The translations under genes and the position numbers were made by a program. Below are positions 50,414 through 61,693 of a DNA stretch of 64,000 nt, in pieces (the first letter of the stretch is position 1; the number at the start of each line of letters is the position of its first letter). Source of the stretch: a virus; the IMG/VR virus record IMGVR_UViG_3300034073_004654, positions 12,893-76,892 of that record; one strand, 5' to 3'. The notes under the pieces are model-generated. The model was not told the DNA's origin, searched no databases, and was given only the letters and a program-made list of their open reading frames with translations.

Positions 50414-50866
50414 ATGACTCATAATCATTTGCCTGCAAGATTATATCATCTTGCTTCGAGTGATCATGGGTCTTTTATCAATTGGCATCCTAGAAGCTTT
50501 GGAATCAATCGACCATCTTTTGAGCCCCAAACTTCTAGGATTTGTTTTTCTTTATCTGTTTCTGGTTGTTTGCTATCTTTGGGTTACATCGCCACTCAAT
50601 ATAAAGAATGGCATCTTTATTCAACTATGAGCTCATATTACCAACCAAAAACAACTGACGTTGTAGATTCTAGTGTCACTGAAGAAGTTTGGAGGCTATC
50701 AGAAACCGCAATGAATAAAATTCATATCTTTTCTTCTCAGGAAAAATCAGAGCTAGAAAAACATTTGTATTTTACTTCTGGTAATCCATCTGCTATTAAA
50801 TATCAATTACAGTCTAAGATTAAAATAGAAAAAGTTTTAAGGAAATTTATTGATGCCAAAACATAA
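50414..50866 (+). CDS. ART-fold-like hypothetical protein (paralogue 1)
   Basis: LYH, EP.T.RICFS.....C, DV.D...TEEVW.L. Confidence 0.55.
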   Translation: MTHNHLPARLYHLASSDHGSFINWHPRSFGINRPSFEPQTSRICFSLSVSGCLLSLGYIATQYKEWHLYSTMSSYYQPKTTDVVDSSVTEEVWRLSETAMNKIHIFSSQEKSELEKHLYFTSGNPSAIKYQLQSKIKIEKVLRKFIDAKT

Positions 50867-51335
50867 TTCAAAAACCCCCGAATATTTATATCATATTACT
50901 CAAGAAGATGTTTCAGACCAGCCTTTTACTTGGGTGCCTAAAAAAGTTGGCTCACATAGATGTTACCTAGAGCCTAAAACTCCAAGAATTTGTTTCTCAA
51001 AAAATATTTCAGGTTGCTTTATTACCCTTGGAGAGTGCTTGAAATCCAATAAAGATATTTCAATATTAAAAACAATCAAACCGGTGCATTATTATACTCC
51101 AACCTCCAAAGAAGTGCTGGATGTCGATGTAACAGAAGAAGTTTGGAGACTTTCTCCTGTTAAATTACAAAAAGTAGCCATCTTAAAAGCAGAGAATCTA
51201 CATAGTAATGACATTAATATTTTTGACTATTTGAATTATAACGCTGGTGAAAAAGCCAATCTCAATTGGCAAAAAACAGCTAAAAACATAGTCAAGAATT
51301 TTATTTCGCCTTTTAACCTTCAAGAGCAGCTTTAA
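50853..51335 (+). CDS. ART-fold-like hypothetical protein (paralogue 2)
   Basis: LYH, EPKTPRICFS....GC, EV.D...TEEVW.L. Confidence 0.55.
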   Translation: MPKHNSKTPEYLYHITQEDVSDQPFTWVPKKVGSHRCYLEPKTPRICFSKNISGCFITLGECLKSNKDISILKTIKPVHYYTPTSKEVLDVDVTEEVWRLSPVKLQKVAILKAENLHSNDINIFDYLNYNAGEKANLNWQKTAKNIVKNFISPFNLQEQL

Positions 51336-52191
51336 AAATCATATGCCTAAAATTAAAAAATCAGAATTAAAATCCCAAATAGAAAAACTGCAAAATCAAT
51401 TACAAACTCTTACAGAGAAAATTTCAATTTTAGAAACTAAAACAACAAATATCGTAAATCCATTACAGCTTCCTCTTTTTAAAGAAGCTGCTTCTCATTG
51501 CCCCCAATGCAACAATGATCTTTCAAAATCTTCTGTTTGCATGAGCGTTAATTGTCCTTATACCTACAAGGTAACTTGCAATGCCTGAACAAACTAGATA
51601 TTGCGAAGCTCATGAAGTTCATTGGATTGCCTGGGAAGGAATGCCTTTAACTCAGATTTGCCCTTGGTGCCAGCGAGATAAACTGTTCGATGAGCTTTCT
51701 TTAATTAAAGAAACTTTTGAAGCAGCAGTTCGTTCTAAAGAAGATAAGGGAGGTCAGCATGTTCCTTATCATGGTGACTTTGCTAGTGTAGCACCTTCTA
51801 CCTTGAGAGAAATGAAATGGTGGATAAGTCGATGGCAAGCCATATTACCAAAGGAGTATGAGCCATGACTGCTGCTGAATTAAATTTATTTTTCCAAAAA
51901 ATCAATTACGTTTTGTTTACCGAGGACTGTCAATCAATTAAAATTAATCCCAGAGATTATACTGAAGTTTTAACCAAACTAACTTTCTCTAGGTATGAGC
52001 CAGAAACAAAAATACCTATGTTAAAGCTAGGAGTAGTAGGATATCTTCACGGTCCCAATGGAGAGCCACCCAAACAAATTTCAGTAGATAAAGCGGTTGA
52101 GTTAGGATCGATTCACGGAACAAGAATTTATTAAATAGCTAGCCAATTTCTGGTATAGTTTATAGAAACCTTTTTCAAAGGCATTAAAATT

Positions 52192-53382
52192 ATGAGTGTG
52201 TTTCGAGAACATAAAACAACTGCGGATCGTTCTGCCTCTGATCGTCGAAGGCATAAGAAGCGCATCGAAGACGCCCTTAAGCAAGGAATTCACGGAATTG
52301 TTGCCGATGAATCCATCATGGGTCAGAACGGCAATAAAAAATTCAAAATTCCTGTTCGAGGCATTAAAGAATATCGTTTTATCTATGGAGATAATTCCGG
52401 TAAACAAGTAGGCTCTGCTCCTGGCAAAGATATTAAACGTGGTCAGAAAATTGGTGATGCCAGCGATGACCAAGCTCAAGGTCCGGGCAGAAAAGGTAGC
52501 GATGAAAAAGGCGAAGAGTTCTATGATGTAGAAATTACTCTAGATGAACTCGCTCAATATCTTTTTGACGATTTAGAGCTTCCAGACTTAGAGCGCCGCC
52601 AACTTGCCAATATTAATAATGAAAAATTAAAACGCAACGGATATCGATCCGATGGTATTATGCCTCGATTGGATCGTAAAAAATCTGCCATTGCTCGAAT
52701 TAAGCGCATGAAAGCAGCGGGCTTCGATCCTGATAAAGCTGAAGAAGGTGAGACATTTCCATTCCACGAAGATGATCTCAAGTATAGGCACTATAAGAAA
52801 AAAGAAGAACCTTGCACCAATGCAGTTATCTTTTTTATCATGGACGTTTCGGGCTCCATGTCACAAGATAAAAAATTCTTAGCAAGAAGCTTCTGCTTTT
52901 TAATGTATCAGTTTCTTCGTTCTAAATACGAACAAATTGAATTGGTTTTCATTACCCACGATATGGAAGCTAGAGAAGTTGATGAGGAAGCTTTCTTTAC
53001 TCAATATACTAGCGGTGGCACTATTGTTTCCACAGCCATAGAATTAACCCGTGAAATCATTGATAAGCGGTATCATCCATCTTCTTGGAATATTTATACT
53101 TTCCAATGCAGCGATGGCGATAACTTTGCTACGGACAATGTAAAATACCTAGAAGAAGTCGTAGCATTAAAATCAATCTGTCAATTATTTGGTTATTGCG
53201 AAATCGATCCAGATAAGAACAATATGGCATATTCTTATGAAAGCGGCTCTTATCAAACCATATATGATTTATTGCAGCCTTTAAAAGGTCGCAATCTTCA
53301 AACCGCTTATATCATTAAAAAAGAAGATGTTTGGAAAGCTTTTAAGACTATTCTAGGCGGCGCAGAAAAGGATGGTGGCTGA
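52192..53382 (+). CDS. yeaH: YeaH/YhbH (DUF444) vWA-domain protein
   Basis: D..RH, KIPVRGIKEYRF.YG, DDL.Y, AVIF.IMDVSGSM, SGGT..S, WNIY.FQ.SDGDN. Confidence 0.9.
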   Translation: MSVFREHKTTADRSASDRRRHKKRIEDALKQGIHGIVADESIMGQNGNKKFKIPVRGIKEYRFIYGDNSGKQVGSAPGKDIKRGQKIGDASDDQAQGPGRKGSDEKGEEFYDVEITLDELAQYLFDDLELPDLERRQLANINNEKLKRNGYRSDGIMPRLDRKKSAIARIKRMKAAGFDPDKAEEGETFPFHEDDLKYRHYKKKEEPCTNAVIFFIMDVSGSMSQDKKFLARSFCFLMYQFLRSKYEQIELVFITHDMEAREVDEEAFFTQYTSGGTIVSTAIELTREIIDKRYHPSSWNIYTFQCSDGDNFATDNVKYLEEVVALKSICQLFGYCEIDPDKNNMAYSYESGSYQTIYDLLQPLKGRNLQTAYIIKKEDVWKAFKTILGGAEKDGG

Positions 53383-54710
53383 TGGATTATTCTCTTGATG
53401 ACTTAATGCAGTGGGACGAAAAAATTTGGGATATTGCCGTCAATAAGTATAAGTTAGATCCCTACGAAATTGAATATGAAACCATAGATTATTATGAAAT
53501 GATTGGAGCCATGGCACATCATGGTATGCCTAGCATGTATAATCATTGGTCTTTTGGAAAAGCCTTTGAACGTACTCATGCTATGTATAATCTTGGAATG
53601 GAAGGTCTTCCTTATGAATTGATTATTAATTCCAATCCAAGCATTGCTTATTTGATGAGGGAAAATCCTTTGCCTTTGCAGATTTTAATTATGGCGCATT
53701 GTGCGGGTCATTCCGATTTCTTTAAAAACAATCGAATGTTTAAAAATACCCGACCCGAAAATGTTGTTCAAAGAATGCGAGCAGCTAAAAAACGCATTCA
53801 GTCTTACGTAGAAGATCCTACCATTGGCATTGATGAAGTTGAAAAAGTAATTGATGCTTGTCATGCCATTCAATTTCAAACTACTAAGCATGGATTGCGC
53901 CGCAGAAGCCAAGACGAAATCAGAGATGAATTAATTGAAGAGCTAAAAAAAGCCAAAGAAGAAAATGACAGGTCTAAACAGACAAAATTAGAATTACGAT
54001 TAGATACTATACCTTTAGAGCCTGATTATGACATTTTAGGTTTTATTTCTGAAAATGCTAAATTGCCCAATTGGAAAAAAGATATTATTGAAACTCTAAG
54101 AGATGAAGGTCAGTATTTCTGGGCGCAAATTCAAACTAAGGTAGCTAATGAAGGATTTTCATGTGCAGTTCATTATAAAATCTGCCATGATCTTGAATTG
54201 CCTTCCGAATTACATCTTCCAATTATCAAATCTCATAACCAGGTTGTACGTCCTCATATCGGCGGAATTAATCCATATCATTTAGGCTTTCACATCTTTG
54301 CTCACATCGAAAAGAAATTCGGATGGGAAGAATGTTTAATTGCTCGTGAAGCCTGTCATGATGGATCTTTTATTCGTCAATATCTTGATGAAGAGCTTTG
54401 TTCTGAATTAAACCTCTTCTCTTATTCTAAGAGACGCAATAAATCTATAGTTATAGATGATGTTGCAGATGAAGAAGGTTGGAAAAACATTCGAGATGAA
54501 TTAGCTACTTCTGTAGGTGGCGGTTCAATTCCAGTTATTCTCGTCGAGGAAGTAAGAAGGAATGGAGAACTAATACTTCGCCATGAACATGATGGGCGAG
54601 ATTTAGACGCCGACCATGCCCGCAAAGTTGTAGATCATGTAAAAAGTTTATGGGGAGATCGAGTCAGACTCCTAGCAAGAATTAACGACACACTCACCTC
54701 AATTGACTAG
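53382..54710 (+). CDS. spoVR: SpoVR/YcgB family protein
   Basis: GMP..Y.HWSFGK, YEL.INS.P.IAYL, AH..GH.DFFKNN, PQ-like QI.TK..NEG, NPY.LGF. Confidence 0.9.
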   Translation: MDYSLDDLMQWDEKIWDIAVNKYKLDPYEIEYETIDYYEMIGAMAHHGMPSMYNHWSFGKAFERTHAMYNLGMEGLPYELIINSNPSIAYLMRENPLPLQILIMAHCAGHSDFFKNNRMFKNTRPENVVQRMRAAKKRIQSYVEDPTIGIDEVEKVIDACHAIQFQTTKHGLRRRSQDEIRDELIEELKKAKEENDRSKQTKLELRLDTIPLEPDYDILGFISENAKLPNWKKDIIETLRDEGQYFWAQIQTKVANEGFSCAVHYKICHDLELPSELHLPIIKSHNQVVRPHIGGINPYHLGFHIFAHIEKKFGWEECLIAREACHDGSFIRQYLDEELCSELNLFSYSKRRNKSIVIDDVADEEGWKNIRDELATSVGGGSIPVILVEEVRRNGELILRHEHDGRDLDADHARKVVDHVKSLWGDRVRLLARINDTLTSID

Positions 54711-54729
54711 CCTAAGGAAATTTAAAGAT

Positions 54730-56664
54730 ATGAGTACCAAAGAAGAACTATTAAAACAAATTCAAGCCGCTCGTGAAGCATCATCGCAAAAGAAAAAGTT
54801 TTCAGGAACTTTAATGGATTACATTGAGATGGTAGAAAAAGATCCATCCATTGTTAAAAGTTCCCATAAAAGACTTTATGAAGCCTTGGCAGAACATGGA
54901 TCCTATCCAATGCCAGATTCAGATAGCCGCAAATACAAAATCTTTGACGGCGAATCATTAAAGATTTACAAATACTTCGAAAATGAATTTTTCGGAATGG
55001 AAAATGTTATCAGCCAACTCATGTCATTCTTATCCTCTGCCGCTCAAAGAGGCGAAGAATCTCGCCAAGTTCTTTTGCTTATGGGTCCAGTCGGTGCCGG
55101 TAAATCCGCCCTAACAGAACACATCAAAAAAGCTCTCGATGGCAAACCTTATTTCCATCTTAAAGGCGACCCCCACCGTGGCGAACCTTTACAACTTATT
55201 CCTCGTTCTCTAAGAGATTCATTTGAAAAAACTCTTGGAGTTAAAATCGAAGGCGATATTTCTCCAGTAGCTCGTCATAAACTTATGACTGAACTTGATG
55301 GCAAATACGAAAACTTTGAAGTAGAAGAAACGACCTTCTCTCAACGTGCTCGCCGTGGTGTTGCTGCTGTTCCTCCAATGGATGCCAATAGCCAAGACGT
55401 ATCTGTATTAGTTGGATCAGTTGATATTTCTAAACTTGATAAATACTCCGAAGATGATCCAAGAGCATTATCTCTAACAGGCGCATTTAACGTAGGTAAT
55501 CGTGGTATCGTAGAATTGGTTGAAGTATTTAAGAATGAAATTGAATTCTTACATACTATCATTACTGCTACCCAAGAAAAACGAGTTCCTTCTCCTGGTA
55601 AGAGCGACATGTTGCACTTCGACGGTGTAATCCTCGCTCACTGTAACGAAGCAGAATGGAATCGTTTCCAGTCAGAACACACCAATGAAGCTATCATGGA
55701 TCGTATCGTTAAGATTACTGTTCCATATTGCCTTGAGCTTAATCAAGAAATTAAAATCTACGAAAAGATGTTGGGCAAATCAGACTTCAAAGCTCACATT
55801 GCACCTCACACATTAAAGATTGCTTCTATGTTTTCAGTAATGTCACGTCTTAAGACTTCCAGCAAATGTGACATTCTCACCAAGATGAAAATTTATAATG
55901 GTGAAGATATTATTGAAAAAGGCAGAGTCAAGAAAGTTGATATCAGAGATCTTCGTGAAGAAGCTAAACATGAAGGCTTAGATGGTATTTCAACTCGTTT
56001 CATTACAAAAGCTCTCGATCATGCCTTGACAAATTCTGAAAAAGGAATGATTACACCCGTATCTGTAATGGAAAGCTTGCAGAAAATGGTTAAAGAGCAA
56101 ATTGTTGACGAACAATTTAAAGCATATTGCTTGGAGCTTTTGCAGAAGGTAATTCGAGAAGAATACTTAAAGATTCTTGAAACTGAAATTGCCAAGGCAT
56201 TTATCTCAGCTTACGAAGAACAAGCTCAGGCACTATTCTCTAACTACTTAGATCATGCAGAAGCTTATACAACTCGTACCAAGCTCAAAGATCGAGTAAC
56301 CAAAGAAGAACGTCAACCCGATGAAAACTTCATGAAATCAATTGAAGAACAAATTGGAATTACAGGTTCTTCAAAAGACGGTTTCAGAAGCGATGTCACA
56401 GCATATATGTTCTCTCGTATGCGACGTGGTGACAAGATTGATTACACAGCTTATGAGCCTCTCAAAGAAGCAATTGAATCATTCTTAATTGGTTCGGTCA
56501 AGAGCGTTGCTCGTATCGTTACAAAGTCTAAGACTCGTGATGATGAGCAACAGGAGAAGTACCATGAAATGATAGAGACAATGGTTAAGGATTATGGATA
56601 TACTCCTGAATCTGCTGAACAAATCCTCGCATTTGCCGCGAATAATTTGTGGAGAGATAGCTGA
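54730..56664 (+). CDS. prkA: PrkA/YeaG family AAA+ serine kinase
   Basis: FFG, LLLMGPVGAGKS, L.GSVDI.KL, NRG..E.VEVFK, LAH.NE.EW, DRI...VPY.L, EG..GIS.RF. Confidence 0.9.
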   Translation: MSTKEELLKQIQAAREASSQKKKFSGTLMDYIEMVEKDPSIVKSSHKRLYEALAEHGSYPMPDSDSRKYKIFDGESLKIYKYFENEFFGMENVISQLMSFLSSAAQRGEESRQVLLLMGPVGAGKSALTEHIKKALDGKPYFHLKGDPHRGEPLQLIPRSLRDSFEKTLGVKIEGDISPVARHKLMTELDGKYENFEVEETTFSQRARRGVAAVPPMDANSQDVSVLVGSVDISKLDKYSEDDPRALSLTGAFNVGNRGIVELVEVFKNEIEFLHTIITATQEKRVPSPGKSDMLHFDGVILAHCNEAEWNRFQSEHTNEAIMDRIVKITVPYCLELNQEIKIYEKMLGKSDFKAHIAPHTLKIASMFSVMSRLKTSSKCDILTKMKIYNGEDIIEKGRVKKVDIRDLREEAKHEGLDGISTRFITKALDHALTNSEKGMITPVSVMESLQKMVKEQIVDEQFKAYCLELLQKVIREEYLKILETEIAKAFISAYEEQAQALFSNYLDHAEAYTTRTKLKDRVTKEERQPDENFMKSIEEQIGITGSSKDGFRSDVTAYMFSRMRRGDKIDYTAYEPLKEAIESFLIGSVKSVARIVTKSKTRDDEQQEKYHEMIETMVKDYGYTPESAEQILAFAANNLWRDS

Positions 56665-56689
56665 CGCACTGCGTTATTAAATAATATGA

Positions 56690-56725
56690 ATTAAGGAGGG
56701 GCGCAAGTTCCTCCTTATTTTTTTC
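56690..56725 (+). terminator. intrinsic terminator
   Basis: TAAGGAGGGG...TTCCTCCTTA-TTTTTTT. Confidence 0.7.
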
Positions 56726-56754
56726 TTGACAGAGAATTCTTGCTGCGTTATATT
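56726..56754 (+). promoter_or_regulatory. sigma70-like promoter
   Basis: TTGACA-17-TATATT. Confidence 0.7.
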
Positions 56755-56770
56755 GCAGCCAGGAGTTCTC

Positions 56771-59700
56771 ATGAGCGATAAGAAAGATATTTTTAAGCCA
56801 TTTCAAATTGTTTCCAGTGATGAATTGACAGACCTTGGATTAATTGATTCGACAAATGTAACTGATCTTGCTGGCGATTACAAATATTGTAATTTTCTAG
56901 TTGAAGTTTTTCGTGATGGCAGGATAGCCAGGATTATTGAATCGGATGCTGGCGAGCCAGAAGATCAAACTTTTTCCAGGAATTTTCGTTGGATTCCTGA
57001 TTTGCTCAACGAAAAATATATTAGTTACGAAATTGAATTGGAAATGCTGCAAGAAGAGATTGAAAAATTAAAAGCTAAAGTTCAAGAGTTAGAAAATAAG
57101 TGAGCTATTAGGAATTATTGAACAATTGAACTATCCAATTTTCCCGGATAGTTGGAAAGATTATTATGGCGCGACCAAAAAAGAAATCATCAGAACCGAT
57201 TGAATCAAAAGAAATTAAATCCAAAACCGCCGATGGATCAACCATTATGGAAGATTTTGGATGGTACGAACAAAAAATTTCTTTGGCTCGGCTGCTGCAA
57301 ATGGCAGAGGGTAAGGACTTGATAAAAACTTACGTCGAGTTATCGTTTATGAGCGATCCTTACAACGAGAATCCGCATTTGTTATTGACCGGGGATGATT
57401 TCTGATTTAAAGGATAAAATCATGAAGAAGAACATTTTTAAAAATATTAAGCGTGGCGGAAAATATATTGTTTTTTGCACTCAAAAAGTTTCCCGATCTA
57501 AAGTTGGACTTGGAAGTGGTGGGTCGTTTTCCCGTGGTAGTTTCGTTACTTGTAAAGGCTCTCCTACAGCCGACCCCAATGATTCTAAGCGACCTGCCCA
57601 GGTTTATACTCGTGGAGCAGAGGATTTTCCTTTTGATTTTGAATTTGACCATGGCTCTATGACGGATTATTTTGCACCAGTTCCCGTCCAAGTTAAAATT
57701 GAAATCATCTAAGAGTAGTAAGTGAGGAATAATTATGTCATCTAAAAAACCTGTAAAGAAAACTGTTTTGAAAAAGCCTGTTGCTAAAGAAGAAGCAATG
57801 TTTGTTATTAAATTCCATTCTATGCTAACTGATCCAGGTTTTTCATATAATGGTCCGATGTTTTATAGTATTTCGGGTCAAGGGTGGGTAAATGATATTG
57901 GTAGCGCCACTCGGTTTCGCAAAAGTGCCGCAGACAAGGTTATGCTGGAGCTTTTGCAAAATGATAAGGTTGCATCCGAACTTGTGGATCTAAGTCAGGA
58001 GCCGGAAAATCTTTTCGCTCACAATACAGTTCTCCTTGGACCCAGTAACATTCCACATCTCATTACCAAAGTTCCACAATTTGTTGGAGACAGTTACACT
58101 CTGACTTATCATAAGCTTAATTCCGGTTTTAACGATGAAGATTGGAGCGAGGAAGATCTTTTGGATATGCTGCGAGAGGATAAGTTTACTGCACTATGGG
58201 ATTCTAATATCGGAATTATTCCAGAAAATAATATGGAATTTACTTCTGCTCTAGGTTATGAGTTGAGGTGAATATGAAAAAGCCAACATTTCCTGTTGTT
58301 CCAAAGGAGTTCACCGATCAATTAGTCAAAGATGGTTGGCATGTTATGCAAGAAACTCCATCAATCCCCTTAACTGAGGGAGAAAAACGAAGACTCTTTT
58401 CTCCAACTAAAGATGAGATCATTCTTGATTTGATTGAGCATTTAATTGAACAAGGAATAGACGAAGACGCCCATTATCGATCTTGTAATTCTGATCAACT
58501 AGAAGCCTCTGATATTAGAGAGCTTCTTTCCGACATTGACAGGCTTGATTCTTTGATGCATAATCTAAGGGAAGTTGTCATTGAAAAACTAAAACAAGTA
58601 GCGAGTTGTTATGAGCGAAACAAAAAATAACACATTAGAAATTAAGAAGCGAAAAGGCTGGTGGAAGCATTCAAAGCCTAGTGCGCCGAGCAAGCCAACA
58701 GCGCCACCTAAAACTATTACTGAGCAAGTTAGCCATAAATATCTTGGTAACAAACTTTTATATGATTATACTAAATTCAAGCTAAGCGATCTTCTTAAAG
58801 AAGATGTTCCACTTGATAGTATTTATCTAGAATTCAAGAAAGCAGATGACTATGATGACGAACCTTCTCTTGAAATATATTCAATAGTTGAACAAGAAAA
58901 AGAAAATCCAAATTACAATAAACAAATTAAAGCTTACGAAAAAGCTCTTGCTAAATATCAAGAAGATTATAAGGCTTACAAACAAGAAGTAAAAGAATGG
59001 AAGCTTTGGGTTAAGCAAGAAGAAGTCAAGGAATTTCAAATTCGCCTAGAAGAAGCGAAAAAATTTGTTCAAATGCATGAGGCAAAAAAATGAAAAGCAA
59101 ATCTAAACTTCCAAAAGATATCAGAAAATCTCTAGCTAAGCAAATGAAAATTCTATTTACTGGAAAAATAGAATCAGTTAAAATCAACTTGAATCTTAAT
59201 CTCCCAATTAAAGTTGGTTATGGTTGGGGCGAAGATGCCAGCGCACAATATAATGTGCAACCCGGTGATAATCATATTGTTAATTTTAATGTTCTTCTTC
59301 AAAAGAAAATTGAAGAGACCATGCAGCCAAAAATTAATAAAGTTAATAATAAGATTGTAAAATTCTATAATCGCCTAGACAAGGTTTGTAAAAAATATAA
59401 TTCTATTTCAGACGAAGAATTTTACATCATATATGACGAGTTCAAATTGAACAATTGCTGCGATAATTGGAAGTGATTTCATGTCATCTAAAGATAGTTC
59501 TAAAATATTTCAAGCAGTTTACATGTCGGATCTTTCCGATGATGAAGTTTACAAGGTAGCGGGCGAACTCATGAAAGAAAAAACAATTCATAATTATCCG
59601 ACGCCAGAACAAATTGAAGCCGCTAGAAAATCTATTTGCGAAGCAGAAGATGAGCATATTCTATCTTTGATGACAGAATCAAATACAGAAACGCTTAATC

Positions 59701-61640
59701 TTTCTTTGGAAAAAGAGCATATGACCAAGCTAATTGCTTCTGGATTAAATGTTGAAAAGGAACTTCAAAAACATCAAGGTCAATTACTAGCAGATCAAAT
59801 GCACGAAGTTGATTCTGAAGTTTTACAAAAAATTCAACAAGTAAAAGAAACTGTAGCTAAGATTTGTAAAGAACCACTTTCCGAACATCAATGCCAAGGA
59901 GTAGTTCCTGGAACATTCATTATTTGCGGAGAAGATGATTATCAATATTGCTCTCAGGCTTGTTTAACCATTGCCAAGCAAGCCAAAACCATTCAATTAG
60001 CTTATAAGGAACGAGATGCAGTTCAAGCCGAATTGGATTTCATCCATCAAGAATATGCGAAGGTTGAAGATTCGGAATTAACAAGAGATGCTTTGATGTT
60101 AAAAATCGCAGCCCTATCTCAAGAAATTAAAACCTTGAAAGCTAAAATTCAAGAACTGGAGCAAAAATGAAATTAGAAGATTGTTTCTGCATTAACTCTG
60201 AGCTAAATCTAACCGAATTGAAAGAACTCTTAGCTAAAGAGTTTGATCATTATCAATTTGATTTTAAATCCCCTTATGGGTGGTGGGAATCAATTCCAAA
60301 TCCAGAATATAATCCAGATAGCATCCCGCCCGATGATGAATATTCTCTTGAACATAGAGAAGCTGTTTGCGGTTTTGACATGCAGCTAAAGAAAGCTCAT
60401 CATGCAAATTTCAATGTAAAATGCTTTTCTTACCAAGGTAATATTTACATTCATCCTTGCGCTTACTATTATGCAAAATTTAATGCAGATAATTTAAAAG
60501 CATTGCTTGAAACTCTAAGCTTGCCTGATACTTTTACTCTCGGAGACAAGATCGCATATAGCAAACAAAGCTACAAACAATGGGTAGATGCTCATCCAGA
60601 TCAAAAATGGGCACAGCACAATTACAAATGCGACAAGCCAGATCTAGTTAAAATTGGAATTGAAGTTTAATATGGCACAAAAGATAATTCATGGAACAGT
60701 TTTAGATTATTTACTAGCTCTTAGAAATAAAACAGCTAAGTTTGGTAAAGATGTTTTAGCGCCTTATGATGCCACTAAAATGCTATGTTTTGGCTTTCAA
60801 TGTCCCGATGGGATACATTTAATTGGTGTAAATACAATTAGATATTATTATAATATTAGCCACGTATTGCCTGATATTCCAGGCGTAATTTGTATGAAAA
60901 ATAATTCTTCAAATAGGAACGAAAATGGGGTAGATTCCTTTATTAAAAGCTGTAAAGAAGCTATTGACAATGGTTTGTCAGATAGAATTCAATTATTGAA
61001 TGAGCTACATTGAAGTTTAAATTAAAAGGAAAAAAATATGAAAGAATATCTTTTTGTTCTCGTTCCAAGCGAGAGTGGCGGTCATTTTGAAGCTATTTTT
61101 GAATCTGAAAAAAGCGTAGAAGCTTTTGATTATTTTCGCGATCAAAAAGATAAAAAGAGATATCCAAGATTATATTTAGGATCTTGGTCAGGGGGAATGT
61201 TGCCATTAGCTTCTTCTCTTAAATTAATCGAATCTTGAGGAGCAATAATTAAAACCATGGAAACATTTCAAGCTACTTGGAATCAAAATTATGCCATTGA
61301 TCGATTTGATCTTGAGGATAATTGCTACCGCTTAATTGGTTGGATTACCCGAAATAGAATCGATAACAATCCAGAACCAAGCCAAGTTTACATCATGCGA
61401 AACGAATTTGGCTATGTTACTCATTACCGCAACGATGGTCATCCAGAAGCTAAATATATTTGGAGAGTTTGGTGGGCTGAGAGAGATGAAAAAGGATATT
61501 ACAAAGGCGAAAGCTCTTCCGATGAAATTCAATATCTAACCATGGAAGAAGCTAAACAAGCCTTGGAAAAAAGATTTCTCCCTCCAGAAGCTAAAGTTAA
61601 AACAGTTTCAGATCCAAGAAACTTTACCAATTACTCTTGA
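56771..61640 (+). other. Run of ~12 tandem hypothetical phage genes
   Basis: Abutting or overlapping + strand ORFs between the promoter at 56726 and the terminator at 61644. Confidence 0.75.
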
Positions 61641-61643
61641 AAT

Positions 61644-61678
61644 AAAACCGGCAACCTAAATTGCCGGTTTTCGTTTTA
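61644..61678. terminator. bidirectional intrinsic terminator
   Basis: AAAACCGGCAA-cctaaa-TTGCCGGTTTT. Confidence 0.8.
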
Positions 61679-61693
61679 ACATTTAGCTCTCTC

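Noticed and set aside
52192-56664. Window being a bacterial chromosome because of prkA/spoVR/tilS
   Set aside because: The surroundings are almost entirely small phage-type ORFs with repeated early promoters, HNH genes and no housekeeping operons.
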